This document shows positions 39,177-48,504 of a stretch of DNA of 64,000 bases, in pieces. The position numbers and the translations under genes are program-made. Numbering within the stretch: the stretch's first letter is position 1; each line of letters begins with the position of its first letter. Source of the DNA: an uncultured Gemmatimonadaceae bacterium (GTDB taxonomy: Bacteria > Gemmatimonadota > Gemmatimonadetes > Gemmatimonadales > Gemmatimonadaceae). The notes below the pieces were generated by a model. It saw nothing but the letters and a program-made list of their open reading frames with translations, was not told where the DNA came from and did no database searches. Location of the stretch: assembly GCA_963781585.1 (NCBI GenBank), contig CAWAGQ010000004.1, forward strand, positions 128,001 through 192,000. The letters are read 5' to 3'.

Positions 39177-40676
39177 TCAGGGCGGTCCCTCGAAGACCCA
39201 GAACGAGTGCCCCGACGCGCGTCCCACGCGCTCGGCGTCGGGGCGCGTGGGGTAGGGTCCGAGCACCACCCGATAAATGCGCACGCCTTCGGTCACGGTC
39301 ACCACCACCCGCGCCGAACGGCCGTCCGCACTGATCTGGCGCGCCAGTTCCTGCGCGCGCGCCTCGGAGAGAACCGCGGCGAACGAAACCGTCCACGCGA
39401 CACGCGCTGGCGGCGCGTGAACAACGCTGTCGGTCGGACCGCGGCTGAGTGCTTTCGTCGCCGTGGAGTCGACACGCCGCACTCGCGCCGGCGTGGTGGT
39501 CTCGGCCACCTCCGCGGCGGGGATGCGCAACGTCGTGGTGCTCTCCTCCTGGAAGACGACCGGTTGATCCAGTCCCTTGGCGCGAGGCCGGAACCCGTTC
39601 CAGAACACGAAATGCCAGATGTCCTTCGCGCCATCCTTCACGATCACGCGCGGCCGCTGCTCGCCGGCGGCCGTGAAATTCACGCTCCCGTCGGCCACGG
39701 TGGCAATCAGCCCATCAACCGCGACCGTCGGCAGATCCTCACGCCACTCGGTGCGCACGGTGCCAGCGAGGGCATTGGTGGCGAGCGACACGACCCACGC
39801 CGAGTCGCCCTGCAGCGGGCGAAGAAGTACCAGGCGACCGAGGGGATCGATCCGGATGTCCCGGACCTGCCCCGGCAGAGGGATGGACTCCTGCCGTTGA
39901 TTGCTGAAGCGGTCGAGGACCGCCAGCTGCGCGCTCCCACGAGTGGCGACGAAGATCCGATCGCCGCTTGGCGTGGCCGCGAGGGCGACGAGGTCGGCCG
40001 CGAATCGGGTGCGCGAAAGCGATTTCAAGGTCTGGCCACCGAGCGACAGCAGCTCCTGGTGGACGGCGAAAAACAACCGATCACCCAATGGTCCCATGAT
40101 CGCGTGCTGTGGACCGGGAACGCTGGCGGAATCGGTGAATGCCGATTCCGGAGGATGCAGTCGCACCAGGTGCGTCGACCCGCGCTGATCGACGAGCAGC
40201 ACCAGTGATCCATCCGGCAGCGGGAAGAGCCGGAGAATGCGTCCCTTGATTGGTACCGACCAGTCGCCGCTCGGAGTCAGGCGCTGGACCGCTGAATCGC
40301 CGCGAATGCCGTAAATGGCCCACCCGTCATTCGACGCGACGTCGCTGAGGCGCGTCCGCGTGGCCTGGACCACGTCTCCCAGACGCAGGTCGATCCAGCC
40401 GGGGAGTCCGTTGCGATCGAGATAAACGAGCGCGCCGTTCTCCTCGTCGAACGCGAGAATGCCCGCCAGCGGAGGCGCCGCCCGCGAGGACTTCCAGACC
40501 AGGGAGTCGAGTCGCGGATAGCGGTATGCGCGCACCAGGCCCCCCGCCCGCGCGATGCGAAGGACGATCGGATCCGGCCCCGACGCCGCGGGGGCGGATC
40601 GCATTCTCCCACCTTGCGGTCCCTCCGGCGCACACGAGAGCAGGAGGGCCAACGCGACAGGTTGCCAACGCCTCAC
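39177..40676 (-). CDS. Lipoprotein with beta-propeller-like region and C-terminal SPOR domain
   Basis: Lipobox LLSC and C-terminal YRVVLGPYPTRPDAE SPOR signature. Confidence 0.8.
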   Translation of the reverse strand: MRRWQPVALALLLSCAPEGPQGGRMRSAPAASGPDPIVLRIARAGGLVRAYRYPRLDSLVWKSSRAAPPLAGILAFDEENGALVYLDRNGLPGWIDLRLGDVVQATRTRLSDVASNDGWAIYGIRGDSAVQRLTPSGDWSVPIKGRILRLFPLPDGSLVLLVDQRGSTHLVRLHPPESAFTDSASVPGPQHAIMGPLGDRLFFAVHQELLSLGGQTLKSLSRTRFAADLVALAATPSGDRIFVATRGSAQLAVLDRFSNQRQESIPLPGQVRDIRIDPLGRLVLLRPLQGDSAWVVSLATNALAGTVRTEWREDLPTVAVDGLIATVADGSVNFTAAGEQRPRVIVKDGAKDIWHFVFWNGFRPRAKGLDQPVVFQEESTTTLRIPAAEVAETTTPARVRRVDSTATKALSRGPTDSVVHAPPARVAWTVSFAAVLSEARAQELARQISADGRSARVVVTVTEGVRIYRVVLGPYPTRPDAERVGRASGHSFWVFEGPP

Positions 40677-40737
40677 GGATCCAAGTTAGGCAGGGGTCGG
40701 TGCGGATGGGAGTCGCGAGACAACCGTTGCCACCTGT

Positions 40738-40771
40738 GCAAAGGGCGCCGATTCCCGTCGGCGCCCTTTGC
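40738..40771. terminator. Perfect 14-bp inverted repeat, probable terminator after the Omp85 gene
   Basis: GCAAAGGGCGCCGA-ttcccg-TCGGCGCCCTTTGC. Confidence 0.7.
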
Positions 40772-40798
40772 GTTCATCCCGGCACGCAAGCCCGCTCG

Positions 40799-43700
40799 CT
40801 AGAAGCTCGGCCCCACCGTCCACACCCAGTAGCCCTTCCGACCCGGGCGGTCGAGTGGGATGGCGTAGTCCCAGCGCAGGAGCGCGAGGTTGAACAGGTT
40901 GAGCCGGATTCCCATTCCGTAACTGCGCAGCGGGTAGCGCATGTCGTTCTGGTTGTAGTCGGCGGGCTTGCGCAGCGAAATGCTCTGCCCGCTGGTCCAC
41001 GCCATGCCGGCGTCATAGAAGAACAAGCCGTCCACCGGGGGCAGGGAAAGGGGAATCACGCCCAGGTCGAAGCGGCGTACCAGCGGAAAGCGCAGCTCGA
41101 CGCTTGCCAGGGCAAACCGGCTGCCGAGCAATTCGGTGGCGGAACAGCTGGACGTGTCGTTGATCAGGCCGCCGCAGAGCTGCGACGTGAACTGCTGGTG
41201 ATCGTACCCACGCATGAAGTCTGCCCGGCCGATGTACTTCGGGAACTGCGTCTCGTCGCGGCCGACCGAGAGGTCGGCTTGCGCGCGCCAGGCGAGCGTC
41301 AGGAAGTTGAAGAGGATCGGCACGTACTTCCGATAATCGGCCGAGTACTGGATCCAGCGAAGCCCACCCACGGTCGGCTCGATCTGGAATCGGTACCGCC
41401 GTCCCGCGATAGGGCCGGTGTAGCCAAAGAGCGTGTTGTCGGATACATAGGCCAGATACGGGGCAATGAAGTTCAGTCCCCGCGACTTGAGCACGCTGTC
41501 GACCTGGTACGGCGTCGAGGCGCCGGAGATGGCGTCGAATTGCCTCCCGATGAACTGGGTCGAGATCGACACGTTGTTCACGGTGGCGCCGCTCTCAACC
41601 CGCGTGAACCGATTCTTGGGTCGCATCGCGATCGCGAATGCCTGCCGCATCACGTACGTGGAGATCGCGAATTCCTCGTTGTACACGGACGACCCGTCAC
41701 CGAGCGGGTACGCGTTGTGGTAGTCCACGATGTAGTAGGGTACCTGCGAGAGTCCGGTTGTGTACTGCACCCGGTTCCCGAGATTCGTGTAGCCGGCGTA
41801 GAACAACGCCTCGCTGAGGCGGCCGTTCACCTGGCCTTCCAGGACAAGCTGGTTGTTGCCGAGGAGATCGCTGAGCAGGATCCCCGCCCCCCCCGCCAGT
41901 CCCCGCCCGTAGGTGTTCTGCGTGTATCCGATGCTGGGACGGGCAACCGCCTCCGGCTGGAAGGCGACCTTGTAGTCGTACTCCTTGAACGTAGTCGTGT
42001 CGGGGAGGGCGAGATCGGCGCTATCGAGCAATTGCGCGACGCTCACGGGCGCGACGCCGGAGCGTTCAGCCGCCGACGGGGCTTCGTCCGACGGCCTAAT
42101 CCCGGTAGACGACCGGTACACCGAGATCTGCTGGCTGGAGTCACCGCGGGTGGAATCGGCGGCCCGGGTGGCGGTTTCGATCGCCCGAAGCATCTCGGCG
42201 GCGCGAGCGGCCTGGGCCGCCTTCACATCGGCCTCGCGAGGGCTCTTCGCCGCGGCGATGACCTGGGCGGGCTGCGGCTTGGGGCGATACGGGTCCTTTT
42301 TCAGGTGTCGCGGATTTTTCACCATCCAGATGGTGTAGTCTCCGTTTTCGTAGTAGGTGAACGCGAGCTTGTCCGCGCGATGTGCCCAGGTGATGGCGGG
42401 GCTGTATTCCGTGAACGCGCTCACGGCGCCGATCACGTTCGTCAACTGGTAGTGCTGTTTGGTGTCGAGGTCGTACAGAAAGATGTTGGCGATGCCGGTG
42501 CGATCGGAGATGTACGCGATCGACTTCCCGTCAGGCGCCCACTGCGGGTTCAGGTTCAGGCCGCCCTGGCCTGGCAACACCGACACGGTGCCCGACTGCA
42601 GGTCGTAGGTGGCGATGTGCCACGGCGCGAGGCGCAGCAGGTCCAGGTCGGTATCTCCCCCGCGCTCGGTCGCGAACGCGATCGTGCGTCCATCCGGGGA
42701 CCACGCGGGTTGCTCGTCACCGTACTTGTCGTTGAGGATCTGGCGTGCCTTGCCGGTTTCGCAGTCGACGATGAAGAGGTCGGTGATCCCGGTGCTCGTG
42801 CCGCTCACCACGATCTGTTTGCCGTCAGGGCTCCACGCGGGTGATGTCACCCACTCCAGTCCGAGGTCGTAACGTTTGATGTTGCTCCGATGCTGGATCT
42901 CCATGACGTACAGGACGTCGCGGCCGTCCCGCTGTGCGGTGAACGCGAGATACTTCCCATCGGGCGAGAACGCGCTCTGCGAATAGAGCAGGCGCAGCTC
43001 CTCGAAATCGGCTGAGGTGGTGGATTTCACCAGCCGCGCGATACGCTTGCCCGTCTCGGCGTCTCCCAGCCACAGGTCCGGAAAGACCTCGCCGCGCAGC
43101 CAGCTTCCCTGTGCGATGAAGGTGATGAGCTTCCCGTCGGGCGACAGCGCCGGCGCGACGAAGATCTGGGCGAACCCGCCCGAGCGGCGCTGATTGAGCA
43201 GGGGCTCGGCGAACTTGCGGGCCCGCTCCAGGTCGGCTACCTGCGGCAGGTGCTTGACCTGCATGGCTTCGCGCCATTCGTCGCTCAACTCCTCGAGCGT
43301 GAGCCCGAGCTCCCGTTTGAAGGCGCGTTCGACCCCCACGTTGGGGACGGAGTTCATGATCTCGCCGATGACGTCGTCGCCCCACCGCTCTCCCACGTAC
43401 TCCCAGAGTGCCTCGCCGTAGCGATACGGGAAGTAATCCTGGGGATCGGTGGTCATCTGCTGGATTGTGGGAAGGTGGCCGTTCAGCGCGGCGTCGCGGA
43501 CCCATGCCTGCGTGAGAACGTGTCCAGGTCCGAGCGACAGGTATTCGGCCATGCCTTCCATGAACCAGAGCGGCGGCTCGAGCTGCGCCAGCGTCTGCAG
43601 GCCGTTGCCGGCCCGGCCGCGGGCGAAGATGTCATACTGGAACGCGTGCACCATCTCGTGCGTGAGCACGTGTTCGAAGCTCTTGTAGTCGCCAGTGAAG

Positions 43701-44062
43701 GGGAGCAGCATCCGGTGCCGCAGTGCCTCGGTCACCCCGCCGGTGCCCTCGCCAAGGTCGCCGGTGACATTGTTCTGCGCGAAGTCTCCGCGCGACCGGT
43801 ACAGGATGATCGGCTTCTTCTCGCGGAACTGGTGGTCGAGCAGGCGCGACAGCCGTGCGTACGAGCGCTCCGCCATTCGAGCCGCGTCGGTGACCGCCTC
43901 GCGCTCCTCCGGATAGAAGTAGATCTGGAAGTGCGCGGTCTCCTTCACTTTCCAGCGGAAGCGATCGTACTGGACCTGGTTCTGCCCGAAGTACTGCTGG
44001 GCATGAAGCGGCGAGGCACTTCCCAGGGCGAGAATCGCCCCGATCACTGGTGCGAGCTTCAT
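40799..44062 (-). CDS. Omp85/BamA-TamA family barrel fused to a zincin-like domain and TolB/PD40 propeller
   Basis: Signal peptide, HEMVH...WFMEGMAE, repeated SPDG motifs, MRGYD, ELRFP, GMGIR, terminal Phe. Confidence 0.85.
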   Translation of the reverse strand: MKLAPVIGAILALGSASPLHAQQYFGQNQVQYDRFRWKVKETAHFQIYFYPEEREAVTDAARMAERSYARLSRLLDHQFREKKPIILYRSRGDFAQNNVTGDLGEGTGGVTEALRHRMLLPFTGDYKSFEHVLTHEMVHAFQYDIFARGRAGNGLQTLAQLEPPLWFMEGMAEYLSLGPGHVLTQAWVRDAALNGHLPTIQQMTTDPQDYFPYRYGEALWEYVGERWGDDVIGEIMNSVPNVGVERAFKRELGLTLEELSDEWREAMQVKHLPQVADLERARKFAEPLLNQRRSGGFAQIFVAPALSPDGKLITFIAQGSWLRGEVFPDLWLGDAETGKRIARLVKSTTSADFEELRLLYSQSAFSPDGKYLAFTAQRDGRDVLYVMEIQHRSNIKRYDLGLEWVTSPAWSPDGKQIVVSGTSTGITDLFIVDCETGKARQILNDKYGDEQPAWSPDGRTIAFATERGGDTDLDLLRLAPWHIATYDLQSGTVSVLPGQGGLNLNPQWAPDGKSIAYISDRTGIANIFLYDLDTKQHYQLTNVIGAVSAFTEYSPAITWAHRADKLAFTYYENGDYTIWMVKNPRHLKKDPYRPKPQPAQVIAAAKSPREADVKAAQAARAAEMLRAIETATRAADSTRGDSSQQISVYRSSTGIRPSDEAPSAAERSGVAPVSVAQLLDSADLALPDTTTFKEYDYKVAFQPEAVARPSIGYTQNTYGRGLAGGAGILLSDLLGNNQLVLEGQVNGRLSEALFYAGYTNLGNRVQYTTGLSQVPYYIVDYHNAYPLGDGSSVYNEEFAISTYVMRQAFAIAMRPKNRFTRVESGATVNNVSISTQFIGRQFDAISGASTPYQVDSVLKSRGLNFIAPYLAYVSDNTLFGYTGPIAGRRYRFQIEPTVGGLRWIQYSADYRKYVPILFNFLTLAWRAQADLSVGRDETQFPKYIGRADFMRGYDHQQFTSQLCGGLINDTSSCSATELLGSRFALASVELRFPLVRRFDLGVIPLSLPPVDGLFFYDAGMAWTSGQSISLRKPADYNQNDMRYPLRSYGMGIRLNLFNLALLRWDYAIPLDRPGRKGYWVWTVGPSF

Positions 44063-44439
44063 CTGACGACTCCTTGCGGCGCAACGGCGACTACGTCGGC
44101 ATCTCCCCACAGGCGTTCGAGCTGGTAGAACGCACGCAACGTGGGATGAAAGATGTGGACCACGAAGTCCACGAAATCGATGAGGACCCAGCGCCCCTGC
44201 GCCAGGCCTTCCACATGATGGGCAGCCGCGCCCCGCTTCTTCATCCCCTCCATGACGTGCTCGGCGATGCTGCGCACGTGCGTGTCCGACGTTCCGCTCG
44301 CAATGACGAAGAAGTCGGTCATCTCGGTCACACCGTCCAGGTCCAGAATCACTACGTCGTTCGCCTTGTTGTCGAGGCAGAGCGTGGCGGCCGTCTGGGC
44401 CAAAGCGGCGCTCGGCCGGGGACTGTTCGCCGACGTCAT
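44059..44439 (-). CDS. rsfS: Ribosome silencing factor
   Basis: DNKANDV, DFFVIASG, WVLIDFVDFVVHIF, FYQLERLWGD. Confidence 0.95.
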   Translation of the reverse strand: MTSANSPRPSAALAQTAATLCLDNKANDVVILDLDGVTEMTDFFVIASGTSDTHVRSIAEHVMEGMKKRGAAAHHVEGLAQGRWVLIDFVDFVVHIFHPTLRAFYQLERLWGDADVVAVAPQGVVR

Positions 44440-44779
44440 GTCGCGCGATGAAGCTCGAATCGGACCTTGTATATGATCACGCCTGGATTGTTCCGAGACT
44501 CTCCCACGCGCGGTCCGCTCCGCCCGTGGCGCTCAGTTCAAGCATAACGTCGGCGTGCGCCGCGCGAAACAGCGGAACGGCGGAGGACATGGCCGGTCAG
44601 GTGAAGGTGCGGTGTGACGGGACGAAGGGCGGCATCGCGAGCTCTCCGGCTCCCGACGACACCTACCGGGTCGCCCGTCCGCAGCGATGCCGGGCGTGGC
44701 CGTCGTCCGGTCGGTCGCCATGGTCGCTCGCGGCGCCTCTTGGCCAGAAACGCGGCCGCCGACCCGTGGACCGAGGTCC

Positions 44780-45223
44780 CTACTGCTTGATGACCCAGAC
44801 CTTGATCTCGGGCTTCACATCCGCGTGCAGCCTGATCGGCACCCGGTAGACTCCAAGTGCCTTGATCGGCTCGTGCAGGTCGACCTGGCGCTTCTCGATG
44901 TGGTATCCCTGCGACTCCAGTTGCTGCACGATGTCCGCAGCGGTCACCGAGCCAAAGAGCTTGCCTTCCTCGCCCACACGGGCCGAGAAGGTGAGGGACA
45001 CCTGCTCCACGCGCTGGGCGAGTTCGGCGGCCGTCTCACGTCGCGAGCTTTCCGCCGCCTCCAGGCGCTGTCGCTGCTGTTCGATTCGCTTCTTGTTGCC
45101 AGGGGTCGCCGCCAGCGCGATGCCCCGGGGAATGAGGTAGTTGCGCGCGTAACCCGGTGAGACCTTCACCACGTCGCCGGGCTGCCCGAGCTTTTCCACC
45201 GCCTGCTGCAGGATCACGTCCAT
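44780..45223 (-). CDS. rplI: 50S ribosomal protein L9
   Basis: LGQPGDVVKVSPGYARNYLIP, KLFGSV. Confidence 0.97.
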   Translation of the reverse strand: MDVILQQAVEKLGQPGDVVKVSPGYARNYLIPRGIALAATPGNKKRIEQQRQRLEAAESSRRETAAELAQRVEQVSLTFSARVGEEGKLFGSVTAADIVQQLESQGYHIEKRQVDLHEPIKALGVYRVPIRLHADVKPEIKVWVIKQ

Positions 45224-45240
45224 CTGTTGGCCTCCGATCG

Positions 45241-46296
45241 TTAGGTCAGCGGGCGAAGACGTCCGCGCCAGTCAATCCAGGTATCCGCCAGGCCGAGACC
45301 CAGCGAAATCAACGCCACCAGGCCGATCACCGGCCAGAACACGACGGCCAGGAGGACCAGCGCCACCCGCGCCCTCGGGCGCGGCGCGACAAACCACGCC
45401 AGCACCCCCAGTCCGCCGAGGGCGTACAGCGTTCCAAAGAATACGACCAGGTTCAAGCCCAGGCTGCGCACGGCGGCCAGTGCGGGAATCACCGTCATGG
45501 CGAGCCCCGCCAGAAAGCCCCACACCATCTGATCGTTCAGTCGGAATTGTCGGAGCGGGGTGAACGGTGGCCCGACGCGGGTCCGGCTGATCCGGTGGAC
45601 CAGCCCCCAGGCGAGGGCGAGCGCCACCAGAGATTCCAGCGCGAGCAGGGCTGGAAAGAGCAGGAGCGTTGTGTTGCGAACCCCCGGTGCCTTGGCCCGC
45701 GCTTCGTTTTCCTCGACGAACCGCGCCACCTCCGGGTGATCCGCGGAGAAGCGCTGCCATTCGGGGGTCTGGGACCGTCGATCGGTGGCGTCGTTCCACG
45801 CCGCCAGCCGCCGGCTCAGTTCGTCCGAGAGGGTCCGCTCGACGCGAGAGGGCGACACATTCGACACAAGTACCACGGCGGCCGCCACCGCAAAGGTGAC
45901 GCCGAGGGTGGACAGGGCACGGGTGAGGAACGGGCGCCGCCCGCTCACCACATTCACCACGCCGAAGACGGACACCAGCACGATCGCCCACCCCCGCGCG
46001 AGTGCATCGTACGCCCCGGCCCCGTGCAGTGACCGGGCGAGCATCCACGCCGATACCGCAACCCACACGACCGCGAGCCAGAGCCGGCCGCCCATCCACC
46101 AGGCCACCAGGGTGCTCACCGCGATCAGTGGGCCGACCAGGAGAACGGTCTGTTCCATCGGGACCACCATGCGGAGCGGATCGATCCTGGGCACCAGCAG
46201 AAACAGGAACAGCGCGACCAGGATGCCGATCCAGCCTCGCTCGCGTTGCGTCTCCCGTGGCAGATCCTCGCGGCCATCATCGGGCGGATGCGAAAT
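45241..46296 (-). CDS. DUF2232/YybS family membrane protein; start uncertain (ATT at 46296, a frameshifted ATG, or GTG at 46194)
   Basis: Multi-TM protein between rpsR and rplI with C-terminal LGLADTWIDWR motif. Confidence 0.8.
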   Translation of the reverse strand: MSHPPDDGREDLPRETQRERGWIGILVALFLFLLVPRIDPLRMVVPMEQTVLLVGPLIAVSTLVAWWMGGRLWLAVVWVAVSAWMLARSLHGAGAYDALARGWAIVLVSVFGVVNVVSGRRPFLTRALSTLGVTFAVAAAVVLVSNVSPSRVERTLSDELSRRLAAWNDATDRRSQTPEWQRFSADHPEVARFVEENEARAKAPGVRNTTLLLFPALLALESLVALALAWGLVHRISRTRVGPPFTPLRQFRLNDQMVWGFLAGLAMTVIPALAAVRSLGLNLVVFFGTLYALGGLGVLAWFVAPRPRARVALVLLAVVFWPVIGLVALISLGLGLADTWIDWRGRLRPLT

Positions 46297-46311
46297 GCGG
46301 CCTCCCGTCCC

Positions 46312-46533
46312 TCAGGCCTGGTGCCCGCGGATGTACGGAATGATCGCCAGGTACCTTGCTCGCTTGATCGCCGTGGACAACTGCCGCTGATGGCGAGCAC
46401 AGACTCCACTCAGTCGACTGGGAAGGATCTTCCCGTGGTCGGTGATGAACCGCCCCAGCGTCCGATCATCCTTGTAGTCCACATACCGAACCCGGCTCTC
46501 GCAGAATGGGCAGCTTTTCTGGGCGCGTCTCAT
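46312..46533 (-). CDS. rpsR: 30S ribosomal protein S18
   Basis: CPFC, VDYKD, GKILPSR, CARHQR, AIKRAR. Confidence 0.97.
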   Translation of the reverse strand: MRRAQKSCPFCESRVRYVDYKDDRTLGRFITDHGKILPSRLSGVCARHQRQLSTAIKRARYLAIIPYIRGHQA

Positions 46534-46536
46534 CGG

Positions 46537-46899
46537 TCAATCCTCGTCGTCATCGTCGTCCTGTCTTCGGGTGGCGGCCAGGTCTTCATCGGCGAGGCTC
46601 GCTGGCGCGCCCACCTCGTGCTCGTACAGAGTGATGAGATAGCGCACCAGGCCGTCATCGAGCCTCATCGCGCGCTCGAATTCCGGGAGCACGGCCGGAT
46701 CGACCTGGAATCGGGCGACCACGTAGTAGCCCGTCTCCCGCGGACCGATCTTGTAGGCGAGCTGTCGCCGACCCCAGTGATCGACGGTGATCTCGCCGTC
46801 CGCGTTGAGGAGCGCGTGGAAGCGGGTCAGCTTCTCCTGAATGGCGGTGTCTTCGAGCGCGGAGTCGAAGAGGTACACCGCTTCATAGCGGCGCGTCAT
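46537..46899 (-). CDS. rpsF: 30S ribosomal protein S6
   Basis: RRYEAVYL, WGRRQLAYKI, GYY, acidic tail. GGGAGG SD upstream. Confidence 0.96.
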   Translation of the reverse strand: MTRRYEAVYLFDSALEDTAIQEKLTRFHALLNADGEITVDHWGRRQLAYKIGPRETGYYVVARFQVDPAVLPEFERAMRLDDGLVRYLITLYEHEVGAPASLADEDLAATRRQDDDDDED

Positions 46900-46904
46900 G
46901 CGAT

Positions 46905-46970
46905 GGCAATCCTCCCTGTGGTCTGATGCCGCCTCTCGCCGGTTGCCTGGGTGAGAGGAGGGGGCCGTGT
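46905..46970 (-). promoter_or_regulatory. Possible S6:S18 autoregulatory leader (SD-sequestering structure)
   Basis: Minus-strand leader has CCCCCUCCU able to pair with the AGGGAGG SD, around an inner CUCUC/GAGAG hairpin. Confidence 0.4.
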
Positions 46971-47174
46971 CGGCCGGCACATCGGTTGTTGTGAGGGGCG
47001 AAAGGTAGTTAGTTAGAGTGAGTTGCGGGAGGCCGCCCGGCAGGCGGAAGCGGTGACACCCGCCAGCAATACCTCGCATCCCGCGTGTTCCGCCGGCAGC
47101 GCGTGCCCCGGGGACGCGTGTCGCCGACCATGCGCGCATCCTTGACGCGCGTCCTCTCCCGCGACGCCCTTTCC

Positions 47175-47849
47175 ATGTGCGGCCGTTTTGGCTTGACCCG
47201 ACCGGAGCGACTGGACCTGCACCGATTTGGCGTTGCCGCCTTTCCGCAACTCGAGCCGCGGTTCAACATCTGCCCAGGGACCGACGTCCTTGCCGTGCGC
47301 GAGCGGAATGGCGAGCGCCGAGCCGAGTTTCTGCACTGGGGACTCATCCCCTACTGGGCGACCGATCCCGGCATGGGGGACCGACTGGCCAATGCCCGTG
47401 CCGACACGGCATACGAGCGGCCGACCTTCCGCGCGCCCATGCGCAGCCGTCGATGCCTCATCCCGGCGGATGTGTTCTACGAGTGGCAGGTGGTGCCTGG
47501 CGAGCGACGCAAGCAGCCGTACGCCGTGCGGCTCAAAGGCGCGGAACCGTTTGCCCTGGCGGGCCTGTGGGACTACTGGCGTCCGACCGAAGGCGGGGAC
47601 GGCATCGCGAGCTGTACGATTCTCACGACCGACGCCAACACGCTCATGACCCCGATTCACGATCGCATGCCGGTGATAATACGCCCGAACCGATATCGGA
47701 GCTGGCTGGATCAGCGCACTCCGGTGCCGGCCGTCAAGGACATGCTGCAGTCGTACGATTCGTCGGAAATGGAGGCGTGGCCCGTGTCTCTTCGCGTGAA
47801 CAACCCGCGGGAGGACGATCCCGGCGTGCTCGATCCCGCTGCGTCCTAG
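47175..47849 (+). CDS. SOS response-associated peptidase (SRAP/YedK/HMCES-like)
   Basis: MCGRF N-terminus (Cys2), NARADT, RCLIPAD.FYEW, IHDRMPVI. Confidence 0.93.
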   Translation: MCGRFGLTRPERLDLHRFGVAAFPQLEPRFNICPGTDVLAVRERNGERRAEFLHWGLIPYWATDPGMGDRLANARADTAYERPTFRAPMRSRRCLIPADVFYEWQVVPGERRKQPYAVRLKGAEPFALAGLWDYWRPTEGGDGIASCTILTTDANTLMTPIHDRMPVIIRPNRYRSWLDQRTPVPAVKDMLQSYDSSEMEAWPVSLRVNNPREDDPGVLDPAAS

Positions 47850-47860
47850 ATCGGCGGTTA

Positions 47861-48490
47861 TCAGGGCGTTTCCAACCCGCCGTCGACGGGTGGCGGCGGC
47901 TCCTTCGCCTTGTCTCCGCGCCGATTGAACCGGCTCATGGCCTTCTCGATCCCTTCGGTCATCCAGCATTCGACTGCAGCGGTGATGTCGGGCAGGAGGT
48001 CGGTCACGATGGCCTTCTCCTGCTTCCCCATCCGATCGAGGACGTAATCGGCGAGATCTCCGCTGCGATCGCGCAGGAGTGGGGGCCCGACGCCGACACG
48101 CAGTCGCGGATACTGCGTCCCTCCCACCGCGGACTCGACGGACTTGAGTCCGTTGTGCCCGCCCGAGCTTCCCTGGGCGCGCAGCCTGAACTGGCCCACT
48201 GCAAGCGCCACGTCGTCCACGATCACGAGGAGGTCGGCGCTCGCGGATAACCGTGCGTCACGGAGAAACGGGCCCAGGGCATCACCGCTCAGGTTCATGT
48301 ACGTCGTCGGCTTGAGCAGCCGCACGTCGAGGGAGCCCAGGCGTCCGCGGCACATCTCGGCGTTGAAACTCCGGCGCCACCGATCGAAATGCCACACGTC
48401 GGCCAGATGGTCCACCACCCACCAGCCGACGTTGTGGCGCGTGTGCGCGTAGGAGCGACCGGGGTTCCCCAGGCCAACGATGAGTTTCAC
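47861..48490 (-). CDS. pth: Peptidyl-tRNA hydrolase
   Basis: LIVGLGNPG, TRHNVG, KPTTYMNLSG, GGHNGLKS. Confidence 0.96.
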   Translation of the reverse strand: MKLIVGLGNPGRSYAHTRHNVGWWVVDHLADVWHFDRWRRSFNAEMCRGRLGSLDVRLLKPTTYMNLSGDALGPFLRDARLSASADLLVIVDDVALAVGQFRLRAQGSSGGHNGLKSVESAVGGTQYPRLRVGVGPPLLRDRSGDLADYVLDRMGKQEKAIVTDLLPDITAAVECWMTEGIEKAMSRFNRRGDKAKEPPPPVDGGLETP

Positions 48491-48504
48491 CTATCGGGGG
48501 GCGA

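Noticed and set aside
44533..44721. 62-aa Cys/Arg-rich ORF between rplI and rsfS
   Set aside because: Composition is typical of non-coding GC-rich sequence, with no recognisable motif.
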